A DNA stretch of 64,000 nt from assembly GCA_963772725.1 (NCBI GenBank), contig CAVYYI010000002.1:430894-494893 (forward strand), written 5' to 3'. The notes below the pieces were generated by a model. The model did no database searches. It had not been told where the DNA came from and saw nothing but the letters and a program-made list of their open reading frames with translations. The stretch's first letter is position 1. The number at the start of each line of letters is the position of its first letter. Made by a program: the position numbers and the translations under genes. Source of the DNA: an uncultured Phycisphaerales bacterium (GTDB lineage: Bacteria > Planctomycetota > Phycisphaerae > Sedimentisphaerales > Anaerobacaceae). Of the stretch, positions 1 to 10,278 are shown piece after piece.

Positions 1-175
1 GTGAGCAAATAAGCATATTAGAAAACTCAACTGATTCAAGTATCTTCAACGGGAAGTTGTAATAAGCATCTATATGTAATTTATCGCACATGTTCTCTTC
101 TTATTCGGTATCTTCAAGATACCATCCAATTTTTCTTTAATATCGCTATACAATAAATATTTCAAAAGCTTTTTC

Positions 176-202
176 ACCCCCAGGCGAACCTGCGGGCTAA
201 TC
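176..202 (-). repeat. REP-like hairpin overlapping the RAYT stop codon
   Basis: Minus strand GATTAG-CCCGCAGG-TTCG-CCTGGGGG-T, same layout as the copies at 687-782. Confidence 0.75.
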
Positions 203-652
203 TGTTTTATTGTGGCGGCGAACATATTCAATCTTTTGTTTGAGTTGTTCTTCATTGAAGCAGAACCGCTTATCAAAGCCGCGCGTCCATATCTGTTTTG
301 TTAAACCAGTTTTTTTCAGGGCGCTGGTCGTCACATTTTTATATCGAGACACCGTATTCTCTATCGATTCAATGCCCGAACCAGTTACAAGATGAACATG
401 GTTTGAGTAAACTGTTAATGCCAGTATATGCTGCCCAATTCGCTGAGACTCCTTAAGTATAACATCTTCGACAACTTTTTTCTGTTCCGCAGTCAATCGA
501 ACTGCCTCAGATTTTTGCTGTTTCCTGTTTGCCTCTTCGAGATTTGCATCCGCCTGTAATTTCTTGCCATCTCGTACATATCCTCTCATATCGCCTTGAA
601 GCCATGTCCCGTAAGTCGTCCATGTTATCATATACCCAATCATTTTTTCCAT
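197..652 (-). CDS. REP-associated tyrosine transposase (RAYT, IS200-like Y1/HUH nuclease)
   Basis: N-terminal YMITWTTYGTWL, HUH motif NHVHLV, C-terminal IWTRGF...IEYVRRH; flanked by REP-like hairpins. Confidence 0.85.
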   Translation of the reverse strand: MEKMIGYMITWTTYGTWLQGDMRGYVRDGKKLQADANLEEANRKQQKSEAVRLTAEQKKVVEDVILKESQRIGQHILALTVYSNHVHLVTGSGIESIENTVSRYKNVTTSALKKTGLTKQIWTRGFDKRFCFNEEQLKQKIEYVRRHNKTD

Positions 653-686
653 AAGATAATGGTATCTTAGAAATTGCGAAACACAA

Positions 687-782
687 GTTTAGCCCCGAAG
701 CCTGCTTCGGGGTTGTTTAGCCCTCAAGCCAGCTTGAGGGTTTATCTCATTATTCACCCGCAGGCGGGCCTGCGGGCTAAAC
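687..782. repeat. Cluster of three REP-like hairpins (687-713 +, 715-741 +, 756-782 -)
   Basis: GTTTAG-CCCCGAAGCCTGCTTCGGGG-T; GTTTAG-CCCTCAAGCCAGCTTGAGGG-T; reverse complement GTTTAG-CCCGCAGGCCCGCCTGCGGG-T. Confidence 0.85.
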
Positions 783-797
783 AATCAAATGTAACGG

Positions 798-2081
798 TCA
801 TTTTTCCAGTGCGATTAAATCTTCATAAGTTTCACGTTTTCGGATGATGGAAAACTTGTCACCGTCAACGAGGCACTTCCGCGGCGCGGCCGCGGGCGTT
901 ATAGTTGCTGCTCATACTAAAACCATACGCCCCTGCGGTAAAGACGCAAAGCAAATCGCCGCGACCTACGGGAGGTAATGCCCTGTCTTTGGCAAGAAAA
1001 TCAGCTCCTTCGCATATCGGCCCAACCACATCAATAACCTCAGTCCCCGGCAACTGCAAATCTTTAGCACGATGACTCGGAATGAATTTTTCAGGAACAT
1101 CGGCAGGCCAGATAAAATGGAATGCCCCATATAACGGCGGACGAATCAAATCATTCATACCGGCATCGACGATGACAAACTTCTTTTCGCCGCCTTTTTT
1201 AAGATAAAGCGCCTTCGTCAGCAGAATCGCGGCATTAGCAGCGATACTTGCCCCGGGTTCAAGAATAAGTTTAAGATTTTTCCCTTTTAATAAAGGCACT
1301 ATCACGGCGGCATAATCAGCGGCACTTGGCGATGTGCCCGTTACATAATCCGCCCCGTATCCGCCGCCTATATCAAGGGCTTCGATTGTAAAGCCGCTGC
1401 GGCGTAGTTTTTCAATCAGGGCAAGGATTTTTTGAATCGCCTCAACATACGGCTCAACCGTATGGCCTGCTGAACCGAGATGGATATGGATTGCGCACAG
1501 ATGGACATCACTGTTTCTTCCGTAATCAGCAAAAACCTTTTGCGCCCGTTCGATATCAACTCCGAACTTCGTCTCCTTCTTGCCGGTCGTCGTGTATGCG
1601 TGCGTCTGCGGGTCAACATCCGGATTAACGCGCAAAGCGGCTTTCGGCAGTTTTTTAAGACCAGGGCTTTTCGCAAGGCCAATGAGATTTTCGAGTTCCG
1701 CCTCCGACTCGATATTGAAATAGCCTATATTGGCATTCAGTGCTTCGCTGATTTCCTTATCGGTTTTGCCTACACCCGCATAAACAACCTTAGATGGATT
1801 TACCCCCGCCTGCAAAGCCCGATACAACTCACCCCCGCTGACTATATCGAAACCGCTGCCGCCTGCGCCATGAATTTTAGAATATTTATATTTCCGCAGG
1901 CCTTGACGGAATAGCAAACCATCGTATCAAGTGCCTCGTAGGCCTTGTGTACCTTCCCGAGATGCTCTAAAAAAGTGGCTTTGCTGTAAATATACACCGG
2001 CGTGCCGACTTCGGCTGCGATTTTTTCCACCGCCACATCTTCCGCGAATAACTTACCCTGTCTATAATTGAAATAATCCAT
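798..2081 (-). CDS. lysA: Diaminopimelate decarboxylase (two apparent frameshifts)
   Basis: GTPVYIYS, CYSVKA (PLP Lys), HIHLGS, DIGGG, EPG, GPICE, GAYGFSMSSNYN; C-terminus VDGDKFSIIRKRETYEDL is in another frame and ends at 798. Confidence 0.92.
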
Positions 2082-2199
2082 ATCTTTACTCTCACTATTG
2101 ACTCAGCCTGTATCTGACGTATAACAGCCGGATAGTATAAGAGTTTTTTTTTATAATTTCAAGAAATAGCCAATCCTTTTTCTAATTTCATTTCCCCAT

Positions 2200-2237
2200 A
2201 AAAAACGGAAGGCTTCATTATAATAATGAAGCCTTCC
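2200..2237 (-). terminator. Intrinsic terminator downstream of the small Lys-rich ORF
   Basis: 14-bp perfect stem GGAAGGCTTCATTA/TAATGAAGCCTTCC with a T-run on the minus strand. Confidence 0.75.
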
Positions 2238-2258
2238 ATTTTCGCTAACATGTTGTGC

Positions 2259-2342
2259 CTATCTCTTTTTCTTCTTTGCGACTTTCTTTTTCGCTACTTT
2301 TTTCTTCGCGACTTTCTTCTTTGCTGCTTTCTTCTTTGCCAT
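2259..2342 (-). CDS. 27-aa Lys-rich peptide MAKKKAAKKKVAKKKVAKKKVAKKKKR (histone H1/Hc-like)
   Basis: Open frame read by hand, SD AAAGGAG 7 nt upstream, own terminator, synonymous codon variation between repeats. Confidence 0.75.
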   Translation of the reverse strand: MAKKKAAKKKVAKKKVAKKKVAKKKKR

Positions 2343-2843
2343 CTATTGTCTCCTTTCGACTAATAAATTTTTCTTTCCATTTACTTCGTTAATAGACGTC
2401 AACAACTATTCATTTGTTTTATCGTCCAAAAGTTTGCAAATTCTTCAAAAAAAATTTGCAATCGGCGTTTTTATGACACCTGAAATCACGATTGCATACT
2501 TTTGTAACAATATCAAACCGCTTGATTTGATGAGACTAATAATTACTAAAACTTAATCACACAAGTTAGGAAAATAATTACTGGTCTTTCAGGTATATTT
2601 TAAATAGATGTGTTATATTTGTGTTATACGCCTTATACGCCAAGTTTAATTAATGCCGGAAAATCGATTCTGTGTAATGAGATGACTATTAAACTGATGA
2701 TGCCTTATTTTTACACGCGAGCCAAGGCGGGAATTTTTATGAACAAATATTATTTAAAAAATATTTTTTTGTTTGCTAAAATTTTTTAAATTATTTTGCA
2801 TAATTTATATTATTAGCGTTTAATTTATTCACGGAATATTTTT

Positions 2844-3473
2844 ATGGATAAGAAAATAATAGCTCTGTTCGGCGGAACATTTGACCCGATTCATCTCGGT
2901 CACACCGCTATCGCTTCCACCGCCGCTGAGTACATCGGCGCAGATAAAGTTATTTTTATTCCCGCGAAACGCTCGCCGCTGAAAACTTTATTCCCACAGG
3001 CCGGCGACAACGACCGCAGAGAAATGATAGCTTTCGCAATCGCTGATAATAAAAAATTTGAATTGAGCGATTACGAATTGAATAAGCCGACACCGAGCTA
3101 TACTTTGGAAACAGTAAGATATTTCCAGACAGAGTACGGCGGCGGCACTTCGCTTTACTGGCTTATCGGCGCTGATTGTGTAAACGAACTGCCATATTGG
3201 CATAGAATCGATGAACTGATAGACGAATGTAAACTATCTGTAGTGTACAGGGCGGGCTGCGAAACACCTGACTTCTCAAATTTCGCCGACATCCTGGGCA
3301 AAAGCCGCACAGAAAAACTTCAGCAAAACATCATTCCCACGCCTTTGATTGATATAAGCAGTTCGGAGATAAGAAAACGACTATCATCAGGACTCGATAC
3401 GGAAAACATGCTCCATCCCGCGGTCACCGAATATATCCGAAAGCACAATTTGTATCGCTCCAAAATCAAATAA
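2844..3473 (+). CDS. nadD: Nicotinate-nucleotide adenylyltransferase
   Basis: FGGTFDPIHLGH, SYTLET, LIGAD, ISSSEIR. Confidence 0.95.
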   Translation: MDKKIIALFGGTFDPIHLGHTAIASTAAEYIGADKVIFIPAKRSPLKTLFPQAGDNDRREMIAFAIADNKKFELSDYELNKPTPSYTLETVRYFQTEYGGGTSLYWLIGADCVNELPYWHRIDELIDECKLSVVYRAGCETPDFSNFADILGKSRTEKLQQNIIPTPLIDISSSEIRKRLSSGLDTENMLHPAVTEYIRKHNLYRSKIK

Positions 3474-3505
3474 GCAAGGCGGCTTTTCGAGATGCGAGTG
3501 ACGAA

Positions 3506-4501
3506 TTATTCGGCCTTTAATTCCCGCTGCATCAGTTCAGCAATAGCAATCCGCACAGGCTTATTCTCAAACAGTACATGGTAAACCGCCTCAGTGATAG
3601 GCATTTCAACGCCATAACGTCTCGCCAGTGCACAGACCGATTCGCAGGTAGCCGCTCCTTCAATAACCGATTGGGTTACCGCTTGAGCATCTTTTACGCT
3701 TTGACCCTTTCCTATTCTTTCACCGAACGAACGGTTTCTCCCTTTTGGCGATACGCAGGTTGTAACAAGGTCGCCCAGTCCCGTTAATCCCGCGAATGTC
3801 TCAGGCTTTGCCCCCATCGCGACGCCAAGCCTGGTTATCTCCGCAAGCCCCCTGGTTAAAAGACCGGCCTTGGCGTTATCGCCGGCGCCGATACCATCGA
3901 GAATTCCCGCCGCTATCGCGATGACATTTTTCATCGCGCCGGCCAATTCGACACCGACAACATCGGTATTGGTATAAATCCGCAGCCACGGCATGTTGAA
4001 AGTTTGCTGAATTTTTTTGGATAGTTTCATATTGCCGGAAGCGATACAGGCTACAGCCGGAAGTTTTCTCACCAGCTCATCCGCGATGGTCGGCCCGGAA
4101 AGAACAATGTATTGCGTTTCATCGCCGAGAATATCGGCTAAAATCTGTGTAGGCGTCAGCAGCGTATCATTCTCTATGCCTTTGGCGACAGAAACAATCG
4201 GAACATTCTTAGGCACATAACTTTTCAGCCTGCCCCAGATGCCTCGCATATATTGGCACGGCACCGCTGAAACAATTAAATCCGCCCCCTTCATTATGTT
4301 CTTATCATTCGTCTCAAAAACAAGCGACGCGGGCAATTTATAACCCGGCAAAAACTTTTTATTCTCACGCACCTGCTCAATCTCTTTCAACTGGGCGGCA
4401 TCATAACCCCACATCCGCGTTTTTATTTTTTTCTCGCACAGCAAAATCGCCAAAACGCTGCTCATCGCTCCATCACCGATTAAAGATATATTTCTAAACA
4501 T
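3506..4501 (-). CDS. gpsA: NAD(P)H-dependent glycerol-3-phosphate dehydrogenase
   Basis: KGIE, LSGPT, GVELAGAMKNVIAIAAG, GLGDLVTTC, RNR; SD upstream of ATG at 4501. Confidence 0.95.
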   Translation of the reverse strand: MFRNISLIGDGAMSSVLAILLCEKKIKTRMWGYDAAQLKEIEQVRENKKFLPGYKLPASLVFETNDKNIMKGADLIVSAVPCQYMRGIWGRLKSYVPKNVPIVSVAKGIENDTLLTPTQILADILGDETQYIVLSGPTIADELVRKLPAVACIASGNMKLSKKIQQTFNMPWLRIYTNTDVVGVELAGAMKNVIAIAAGILDGIGAGDNAKAGLLTRGLAEITRLGVAMGAKPETFAGLTGLGDLVTTCVSPKGRNRSFGERIGKGQSVKDAQAVTQSVIEGAATCESVCALARRYGVEMPITEAVYHVLFENKPVRIAIAELMQRELKAE

Positions 4502-4530
4502 GTTTTCCTTCCCTGAATGACTGTCCTTCT

Positions 4531-5860
4531 TCAATTAATTATTTCAAGATTATCCGGGCGAAGCCTTTTGAGTTCAGTCAACTGGTTTCTGCCGAGTTTG
4601 GCGATGATTATAACATTATTGTCGGCATACTGCTCATCAAGCACAGTGCAGTTGCCCCGCAAAAAACTCTGGATTTTGCCGTTGGACTGGCTCGTTATAA
4701 CTCGCAGAGCAACTTCTTCACCTCTGTATTTATCAATAACGGCGTTCATCAGCTTTTCCAAGCCAATACCCGTTTTGGCGGATATGCAAATCGCATTGGG
4801 ATAAAGGGTCTGGAGAATTTCAAAATCGCTCATCTTCCTGACGACGTCAATTTTATTAAAAACCTCAAGCACAGGTTTAGAACCGCAGCCTATTTCCGCA
4901 AGCACTTTTTTTACCGATTCGATTTGCTGAGCGACCTCAATATTAGAGACATCTATAATATGGAGCAGCAAATCGGCATTTACCGCCTCTTCGAGAGTCG
5001 CCTTAAATGACGCGACAAGCTGATGAGGAAGTTTCTTCACAAAACCCACGGTATCGCTTAAAAGCACATCGACCCCGCCATCGAGAAACCATTTCCTGGT
5101 TTTTGTGTCCAGCGTCGCAAAAAGTTTATCCTCAACAAACGCGCCCGCATTAGTAAGAGCGTTTAACAGGGTGCTTTTGCCGGTATTGGTATAGCCAACC
5201 AGGCACACCTTAAACATTCCGGTTCGGCCATTTATCTCGCGAATTTTGCGTTTGTCAATTTCCTGCAGCTCTCGCTTAAGCTCGGCAATTCTCTTTTGAA
5301 CCAAGCGGCGGTCAATCTCAAGCTGCTGTTCACCAGTACCCCTTGTGCCGATACCGCCTACGGCACCCGCACCGACACCCCCTGCCGCGCCGGTAACAGT
5401 GTCGAGGTGCGACCACATTTTTGTCAGACGCGGATATGTATATTCAAGCTGGGCAAGGGAAACCTGAAGCTTTGCCTGCTTAGTTTTGCGCACGGGTGGC
5501 AAAAATATCGAGAATCAATTCGCTGCGGTCTATGACCTTGACTTGTACAATCTCCTCAAGCTCGCGAATCTGGCCGGGCGAAAGGTCGTTATCGAATATC
5601 ACGACATCGGCATTGAGTTGTTTAACGCGATTTGCCAAATCCTCGGCTTTGCCTTTGCCAACATAAAAAGCGGGATTGGGTTTGCGAATCTTCTGCTGCA
5701 CCCGGCCGGCGACTATCGCACCTGCGCTTTCGGCAAGTGCGGTAAGTTCAGCCAAATTATCGCCCCTGTCACCGCCGAGCATGGCCGCTACCAAAACGGC
5801 ACGCTCTTTTCTAACCATTAACGAATCGCGTATTTCTTCCAAATAATTTCTCCAAACCAA
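4531..5860 (-). CDS. hflX: GTPase HflX (one apparent frameshift near 5490)
   Basis: DRSELILDIFATRA, GYTNTGKST, LFATLD, DTVGF, NKID. Confidence 0.93.
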
Positions 5861-6093
5861 AACATAATCAATTATATCATTTTATCATAATCGCCCGCAA
5901 CACGCAACCAAACCGCAAAAATCGCCGATTTTGTAAGTTTTTTTCATAAAAATCCGCATTTTCAGACTAAAAAACGCATCTGAAATATTTTTGCTTGAAA
6001 ATATTTGCGGCTTATGGTATTAATATTTGTTTTAGCGGTTTGACAAAGTCTATACGAGTATTATTGAATTTGGTTTTGAAAGGTTAATTTTGA

Positions 6094-6288
6094 ATGTTGA
6101 AAGTTAAGTCACGTACGGGCGAATCGGTTCAGCAGATGATGAGGCGTTTTAAGAAGTTATGCGAAAAGGAAGGTCTAATCAGGGATATCAAACGCAACAG
6201 CTACTATGAAAAGCCCTCAGAGGTGAATCGCCGCCGGAGCCGCAAAGCGATACGCACGGCACAGATACTTTCCAAATACGGCGTATAA
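6094..6288 (+). CDS. rpsU: 30S ribosomal protein S21
   Basis: GES...RRFKKLCEKEG...YYEKPS. Confidence 0.92.
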   Translation: MLKVKSRTGESVQQMMRRFKKLCEKEGLIRDIKRNSYYEKPSEVNRRRSRKAIRTAQILSKYGV

Positions 6289-6318
6289 GTCAGACCATTG
6301 AATTTACAATAGGTTATG

Positions 6319-6356
6319 ATACGGATGGGCATAACAGTCCATCCGTGTTTTTATTT
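6319..6356 (+). terminator. Intrinsic terminator of rpsU
   Basis: ACGGATGGGC/GTCCATCCGT stem followed by T-run. Confidence 0.75.
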
Positions 6357-6419
6357 CCATACCGCTGCACAGTTCAGTAGTTTTTCTCAAAATATTTTTA
6401 GTTTTTTTAAATTTTAATC

Positions 6420-6463
6420 TTGATATTTAGCTATACTGCTATATAGTATACTGCAAATAGCAT
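6420..6463 (+). promoter_or_regulatory. Promoter with overlapping palindromic operator, probably PadR autoregulation
   Basis: TTGATA-N16-TATAGT overlapped by TATACT-N7-AGTATA (6432-6450) and a tandem imperfect second copy. Confidence 0.55.
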
Positions 6464-6482
6464 ATTAAAAAAGAGGTGTGGA

Positions 6483-6821
6483 GTGAATCTGGAAAACTGG
6501 CAAACTCAGCTTCGTAAAGGCCTATTGGAACTGGTCGTTCTGAATATGCTGAACCACGAGGTTTATCACGGCTATGATATGGTGCAAAGTCTTAAGCAGA
6601 TTCACGGGCTGAAAATCCGCGAGGGGAATATTTACCCGATTCTGGCGAGACTTCAGGAGGATGGGCTAGTAAAGAGCTACAGCGAGGCGTCGGCGGATGG
6701 GCCGCCGCGAAAATATTTCAATCTTACTGACGCAGGCAGAAAGGCCCTTAGCAATATGAACACGCACTGGGAGCAGATTACCGAAAGCATCCAGATTATC
6801 CAAAAGGGAGAACATAAATGA
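6483..6821 (+). CDS. PadR family transcriptional regulator
   Basis: QLRKGLLEL, HGYD, EGNIYPILARL, GPPRKYF. Confidence 0.93.
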   Translation: MNLENWQTQLRKGLLELVVLNMLNHEVYHGYDMVQSLKQIHGLKIREGNIYPILARLQEDGLVKSYSEASADGPPRKYFNLTDAGRKALSNMNTHWEQITESIQIIQKGEHK

Positions 6822-7660
6822 CATCTGAAAATAAACAATGGCTGGACTTGAAGGAAAATTATCTTAAGCAGATAAAAGAGACACTTTGTGCGGCGAAGCA
6901 GGCGGACGGAGGGGAGATTATTGACAATGTCAGTTCGCATTTGGACAGGCGGTTCGCGGAGCTGAAGGAAGAGGAGCGGACATGGGAGAATTTTCAAAAG
7001 ATTATCACGGAGATGGGGCCGCCGAGCGATTACGCGGAGCTGCTTATTTCAGATGCCTGCGCGGCAAAGAAAGGCAGCGGTAAATATTTTATGCGGGGTG
7101 TTCTGGCCTTAATCGGAATCGGGATTGTGATTGGAGGTTTATGGTGCTTATTATCTTACCGCAATAAGCCGGTTACGCCTGAGCGATTCAGGGAAAATTT
7201 TACCAGAAATATCGCTGGATTTAATATCGATACCGCGACGTTAAAGGATGTTATTAAAAGTTTCGGCGAGCCGGTCGAATATATATGGGGCGAACAGACT
7301 TTCAGTAAAAATAATCTGCCGAATCGCTATGTAGCTATTTATCCGTGCGGATTTCGTGTTTTCATCATGGATAACCAGATTGTTGAATTGAGGCACGAAA
7401 GCCCAGGCGACGGATATGTGTGGAAGGGTAAACTTAAGGTCGGTTCCTCGCTCGATGAAGTTATTAAGGTTTTAGGCGAGCCGGAGCAAACCGTTACAGG
7501 CCAGAAAAACTGGTTTACTGACGACATTTTGTATAAGGATATCGAAGGCAGACCCGGCTATTGCTACTACGCGAGGAAAGACCAGAATATACGACTTTTC
7601 TTTATGGACTACAAAGTATGCGCTCTTTATATTACCCGCAGCGATTACAATGACCATTGA
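6818..7660 (+). CDS. Single-pass membrane protein with HAAS-like N-terminus (PadR partner) and repeated extracytoplasmic domain
   Basis: NYLKQI...MGPPSDYA N-terminus, one TM helix, two related D(V/E)IKxxGEP segments; overlaps the padR stop. Confidence 0.6.
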   Translation: MTSENKQWLDLKENYLKQIKETLCAAKQADGGEIIDNVSSHLDRRFAELKEEERTWENFQKIITEMGPPSDYAELLISDACAAKKGSGKYFMRGVLALIGIGIVIGGLWCLLSYRNKPVTPERFRENFTRNIAGFNIDTATLKDVIKSFGEPVEYIWGEQTFSKNNLPNRYVAIYPCGFRVFIMDNQIVELRHESPGDGYVWKGKLKVGSSLDEVIKVLGEPEQTVTGQKNWFTDDILYKDIEGRPGYCYYARKDQNIRLFFMDYKVCALYITRSDYNDH

Positions 7661-8504
7661 TAAAACATTTTTTTTAAGGAGCCTAAAAATGAGACGCGTA
7701 AAAAAAACAGATTTCAGAATACCGGCCGCTCTTATTTTTGTGATGGCCATTGTCTCGGTAACGGTGGCTGATGTTACGCTGCCCGCTTCGATATGCGATA
7801 ATATGGTACTGAAGCAAAATACTGAGATAGTGATATGGGGCTGGGCCAATCCAGATGAAAAAGTAAGCGTAAAAGGAGAATGGAGCGATACCACTGTTTC
7901 TACTGTAGCAGCTAAAAACGGGCAATGGTTGGTTAAAATTAATACCCCTTCCAAGGGAGGGCCTTATACTATCGACATCAAAGGAAACAATCACATTGTA
8001 CTGACAAATATTTTTGTCGACAAGGCCAAGGCAGTCTTCAACCAATCGAACAAGAAAAAAACAAACGTCGGCCAAAAAACTCAGGAACCGGAACAAAAAG
8101 ATAAATCAAACGCGGCAAATAAAACTTCGGATAACACACTTGCCGCAGGAAGCACGATTGTTAATAACAGAACAGCAGGTGGTTCCCCATTTGATGATCC
8201 CGCGGTTATTGGAGAGTGGAAAAGCGTTGATTTTGTGCGCGAGATTGGTGATTTTAATCCGGCCAAGAAAAGCTGGCAAGGAGACTTGTATTTGAAAGAG
8301 CTTGTATTTTTCCCAAATGGAAAAACTTTTAAACCATGGTGGACATGGACAAAAGGACAGGTTTATCATTCCGGCAGTAAAACAACAGCCAGGTACGAAA
8401 TTAAAAATATAGGCGGCCAGACGTATATGTTCTTTGAATGGATGAGCGGCGACGTAGTATTTCGACACCAAAAACCACGGTATTATGTTTTGAAAAAATC
8501 TTAG
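7650..8504 (+). CDS. Secreted protein: sialate O-acetylesterase-type N-terminal beta domain, linker, uncharacterised C-terminal domain
   Basis: Signal peptide then DNMVLKQ..IWGWA..GQW..GGPY; no GQSNM catalytic motif. Confidence 0.6.
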   Translation: MTIDKTFFLRSLKMRRVKKTDFRIPAALIFVMAIVSVTVADVTLPASICDNMVLKQNTEIVIWGWANPDEKVSVKGEWSDTTVSTVAAKNGQWLVKINTPSKGGPYTIDIKGNNHIVLTNIFVDKAKAVFNQSNKKKTNVGQKTQEPEQKDKSNAANKTSDNTLAAGSTIVNNRTAGGSPFDDPAVIGEWKSVDFVREIGDFNPAKKSWQGDLYLKELVFFPNGKTFKPWWTWTKGQVYHSGSKTTARYEIKNIGGQTYMFFEWMSGDVVFRHQKPRYYVLKKS

Positions 8505-8546
8505 ATATTCGGCAAGATTAAGACCATCCTGCAAAATTATTAAAGA

Positions 8547-9410
8547 GTGTATATGAGATATATCGCTAATAAAATGAGCGGTTTTACGCTGATTGAACTG
8601 CTGGTGGTGATATCGATAATCTCGCTATTAATGTCGATTACTCTGCCTTCCCTCAGCCGGGCAAGAGAAATGGGTAAGCGGATAGACTGCCAATCGAATG
8701 TGAGGCAACTTACGCTTGCCTGGCAGATGTATGTAATGGATAATGACGAAAAGCTTTGTTCTTCCGATACGTGGTTTAACAACGACTCTTACGGACTACC
8801 TGATTACTGGCGCAGGCATGAGCCGTCATGGGTAACTGACGGTCCAGACCGTTATAATGAACCTTTGAATTATATCGGCGGAACAGAGACGGCTATAAAA
8901 GACGGGGTACTTTGGCATTATGTTAATTCTCTAAAGGTATATAAATGTAAAAGTGACCGAACAGGTGTATTGCGCAATTATTCTATATCCTCGGTTATGA
9001 GTAAAAACGATATGTTACCAGATGAGGTATATAATCGTCAATTTGCTACAATGGGTGACATTAAGGGAACTTCGAAAGAAATGGTTTTTATTGATGCAGA
9101 TGTTTATTCTGGCTGTTTGGCGGATGAGCCATGGCTACACGGTTCTTTTTGGCCATTCAATGTAATAAAAGACCCTTGGGTGCCGGTTTGGTGTTGGCAA
9201 CAAGGTCAGAGTATAACAGCAAGGCATAGCGATGGCTGCAATCTGTCTTTCGCAGACGGGCATACCGAATTCCTGAGGTGGAGGGACAAGAGAACAGTTA
9301 AATTTGCTAATTCTAATGTACAATCGAGCAACCCGTCTGACACCATCAACAATGAAGATTTTGATACTATAGTAAGGCTATTGTGGGGAAAAATTAAGAG
9401 GCCGTATTGA
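8547..9410 (+). CDS. Prepilin-type N-terminal cleavage/methylation protein with H-X9-DG motif
   Basis: G^FTLIELLVVISII..LPSLSRARE..C.SN; RHSDGCNLSFADGH. Confidence 0.9.
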   Translation: MYMRYIANKMSGFTLIELLVVISIISLLMSITLPSLSRAREMGKRIDCQSNVRQLTLAWQMYVMDNDEKLCSSDTWFNNDSYGLPDYWRRHEPSWVTDGPDRYNEPLNYIGGTETAIKDGVLWHYVNSLKVYKCKSDRTGVLRNYSISSVMSKNDMLPDEVYNRQFATMGDIKGTSKEMVFIDADVYSGCLADEPWLHGSFWPFNVIKDPWVPVWCWQQGQSITARHSDGCNLSFADGHTEFLRWRDKRTVKFANSNVQSSNPSDTINNEDFDTIVRLLWGKIKRPY

Positions 9411-9426
9411 TGGGAAAGAATATAGA

Positions 9427-10263
9427 ATGCGGATAGCAAAAAAGATATTTACCGGTTTTACGCTGATTGAACTTTTGGTGGTGATATCGATAATATCTTT
9501 GCTGATGTCGATTATGTTGCCTGCCCTTAACAGGACGCGGGAAATGAGCAGGCGGATAGACTGCCAGTCGAATTTAAGGCAGCTTACTCTTGCATGGCAG
9601 ATATATGCAACAGATAATGATGAAAAGCTTTGTTCGCCAGAAACGTATTGGAATAATGATAATTATGGTTTTTTGGATGGCCATTCTCAATACAGGGGTG
9701 GAAATTGGGTTGCAGATGGTGAGGATTTACATGATCCTTGGGCAAATGCCATCGGTGGTACTGAAATTGCCATCAAGGACGGCATTTTGTGGCATTACCT
9801 GAATTCTGTGAAAGTGTATAAATGCAAAAGTGATAAAAGTATTCTCTTGCGAAGTTACTCGCTATCAAAAACTATGGGATACCAATGGGGAGACTTTTGC
9901 GGAATAACGCCGTTTAAGGCGTCAGGTAATATTTCAAGGGCTGGCGAAAAACTTGTTTTTATTGATGCACAATCGACGCATGAAATTCCCCCTGTAACTA
10001 TAAGTGTATGGCTGGTAGGTGGTTTCATAGCTGTAGATATAACTTCAGTAAATCCGATATGGTATACGCCGGGATTTTGGCATGGGATAACTGCAAGACA
10101 TGGCGATGGATGTAATATAAGTTTCGCGGATGGACATACAGAATATCTAAAATGGAAAGACCAAAGAACCGTTGATTTAGTAAATCTCAAGATTAGCGAG
10201 GAAGATGCTTCGAAGGACAATCCCGACTTAGAACGAATGATTAGCTTGTTGAAAGGGCGCTAA
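9427..10263 (+). CDS. Prepilin-type N-terminal cleavage/methylation protein with H-X9-DG motif (tandem paralog)
   Basis: G^FTLIELLVV; RHGDGCNISFADGH. Confidence 0.9.
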   Translation: MRIAKKIFTGFTLIELLVVISIISLLMSIMLPALNRTREMSRRIDCQSNLRQLTLAWQIYATDNDEKLCSPETYWNNDNYGFLDGHSQYRGGNWVADGEDLHDPWANAIGGTEIAIKDGILWHYLNSVKVYKCKSDKSILLRSYSLSKTMGYQWGDFCGITPFKASGNISRAGEKLVFIDAQSTHEIPPVTISVWLVGGFIAVDITSVNPIWYTPGFWHGITARHGDGCNISFADGHTEYLKWKDQRTVDLVNLKISEEDASKDNPDLERMISLLKGR

Positions 10264-10278
10264 TACAATTCTTATATT

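Noticed and set aside
70..276. 68-aa minus-strand ORF overlapping the RAYT end
   Set aside because: Runs through the REP hairpin and RAYT coding region; no recognisable motif
8547..10263. Diversity-generating retroelement acting on the pilin-like pair
   Set aside because: No reverse transcriptase in the window and differences are not adenine-specific
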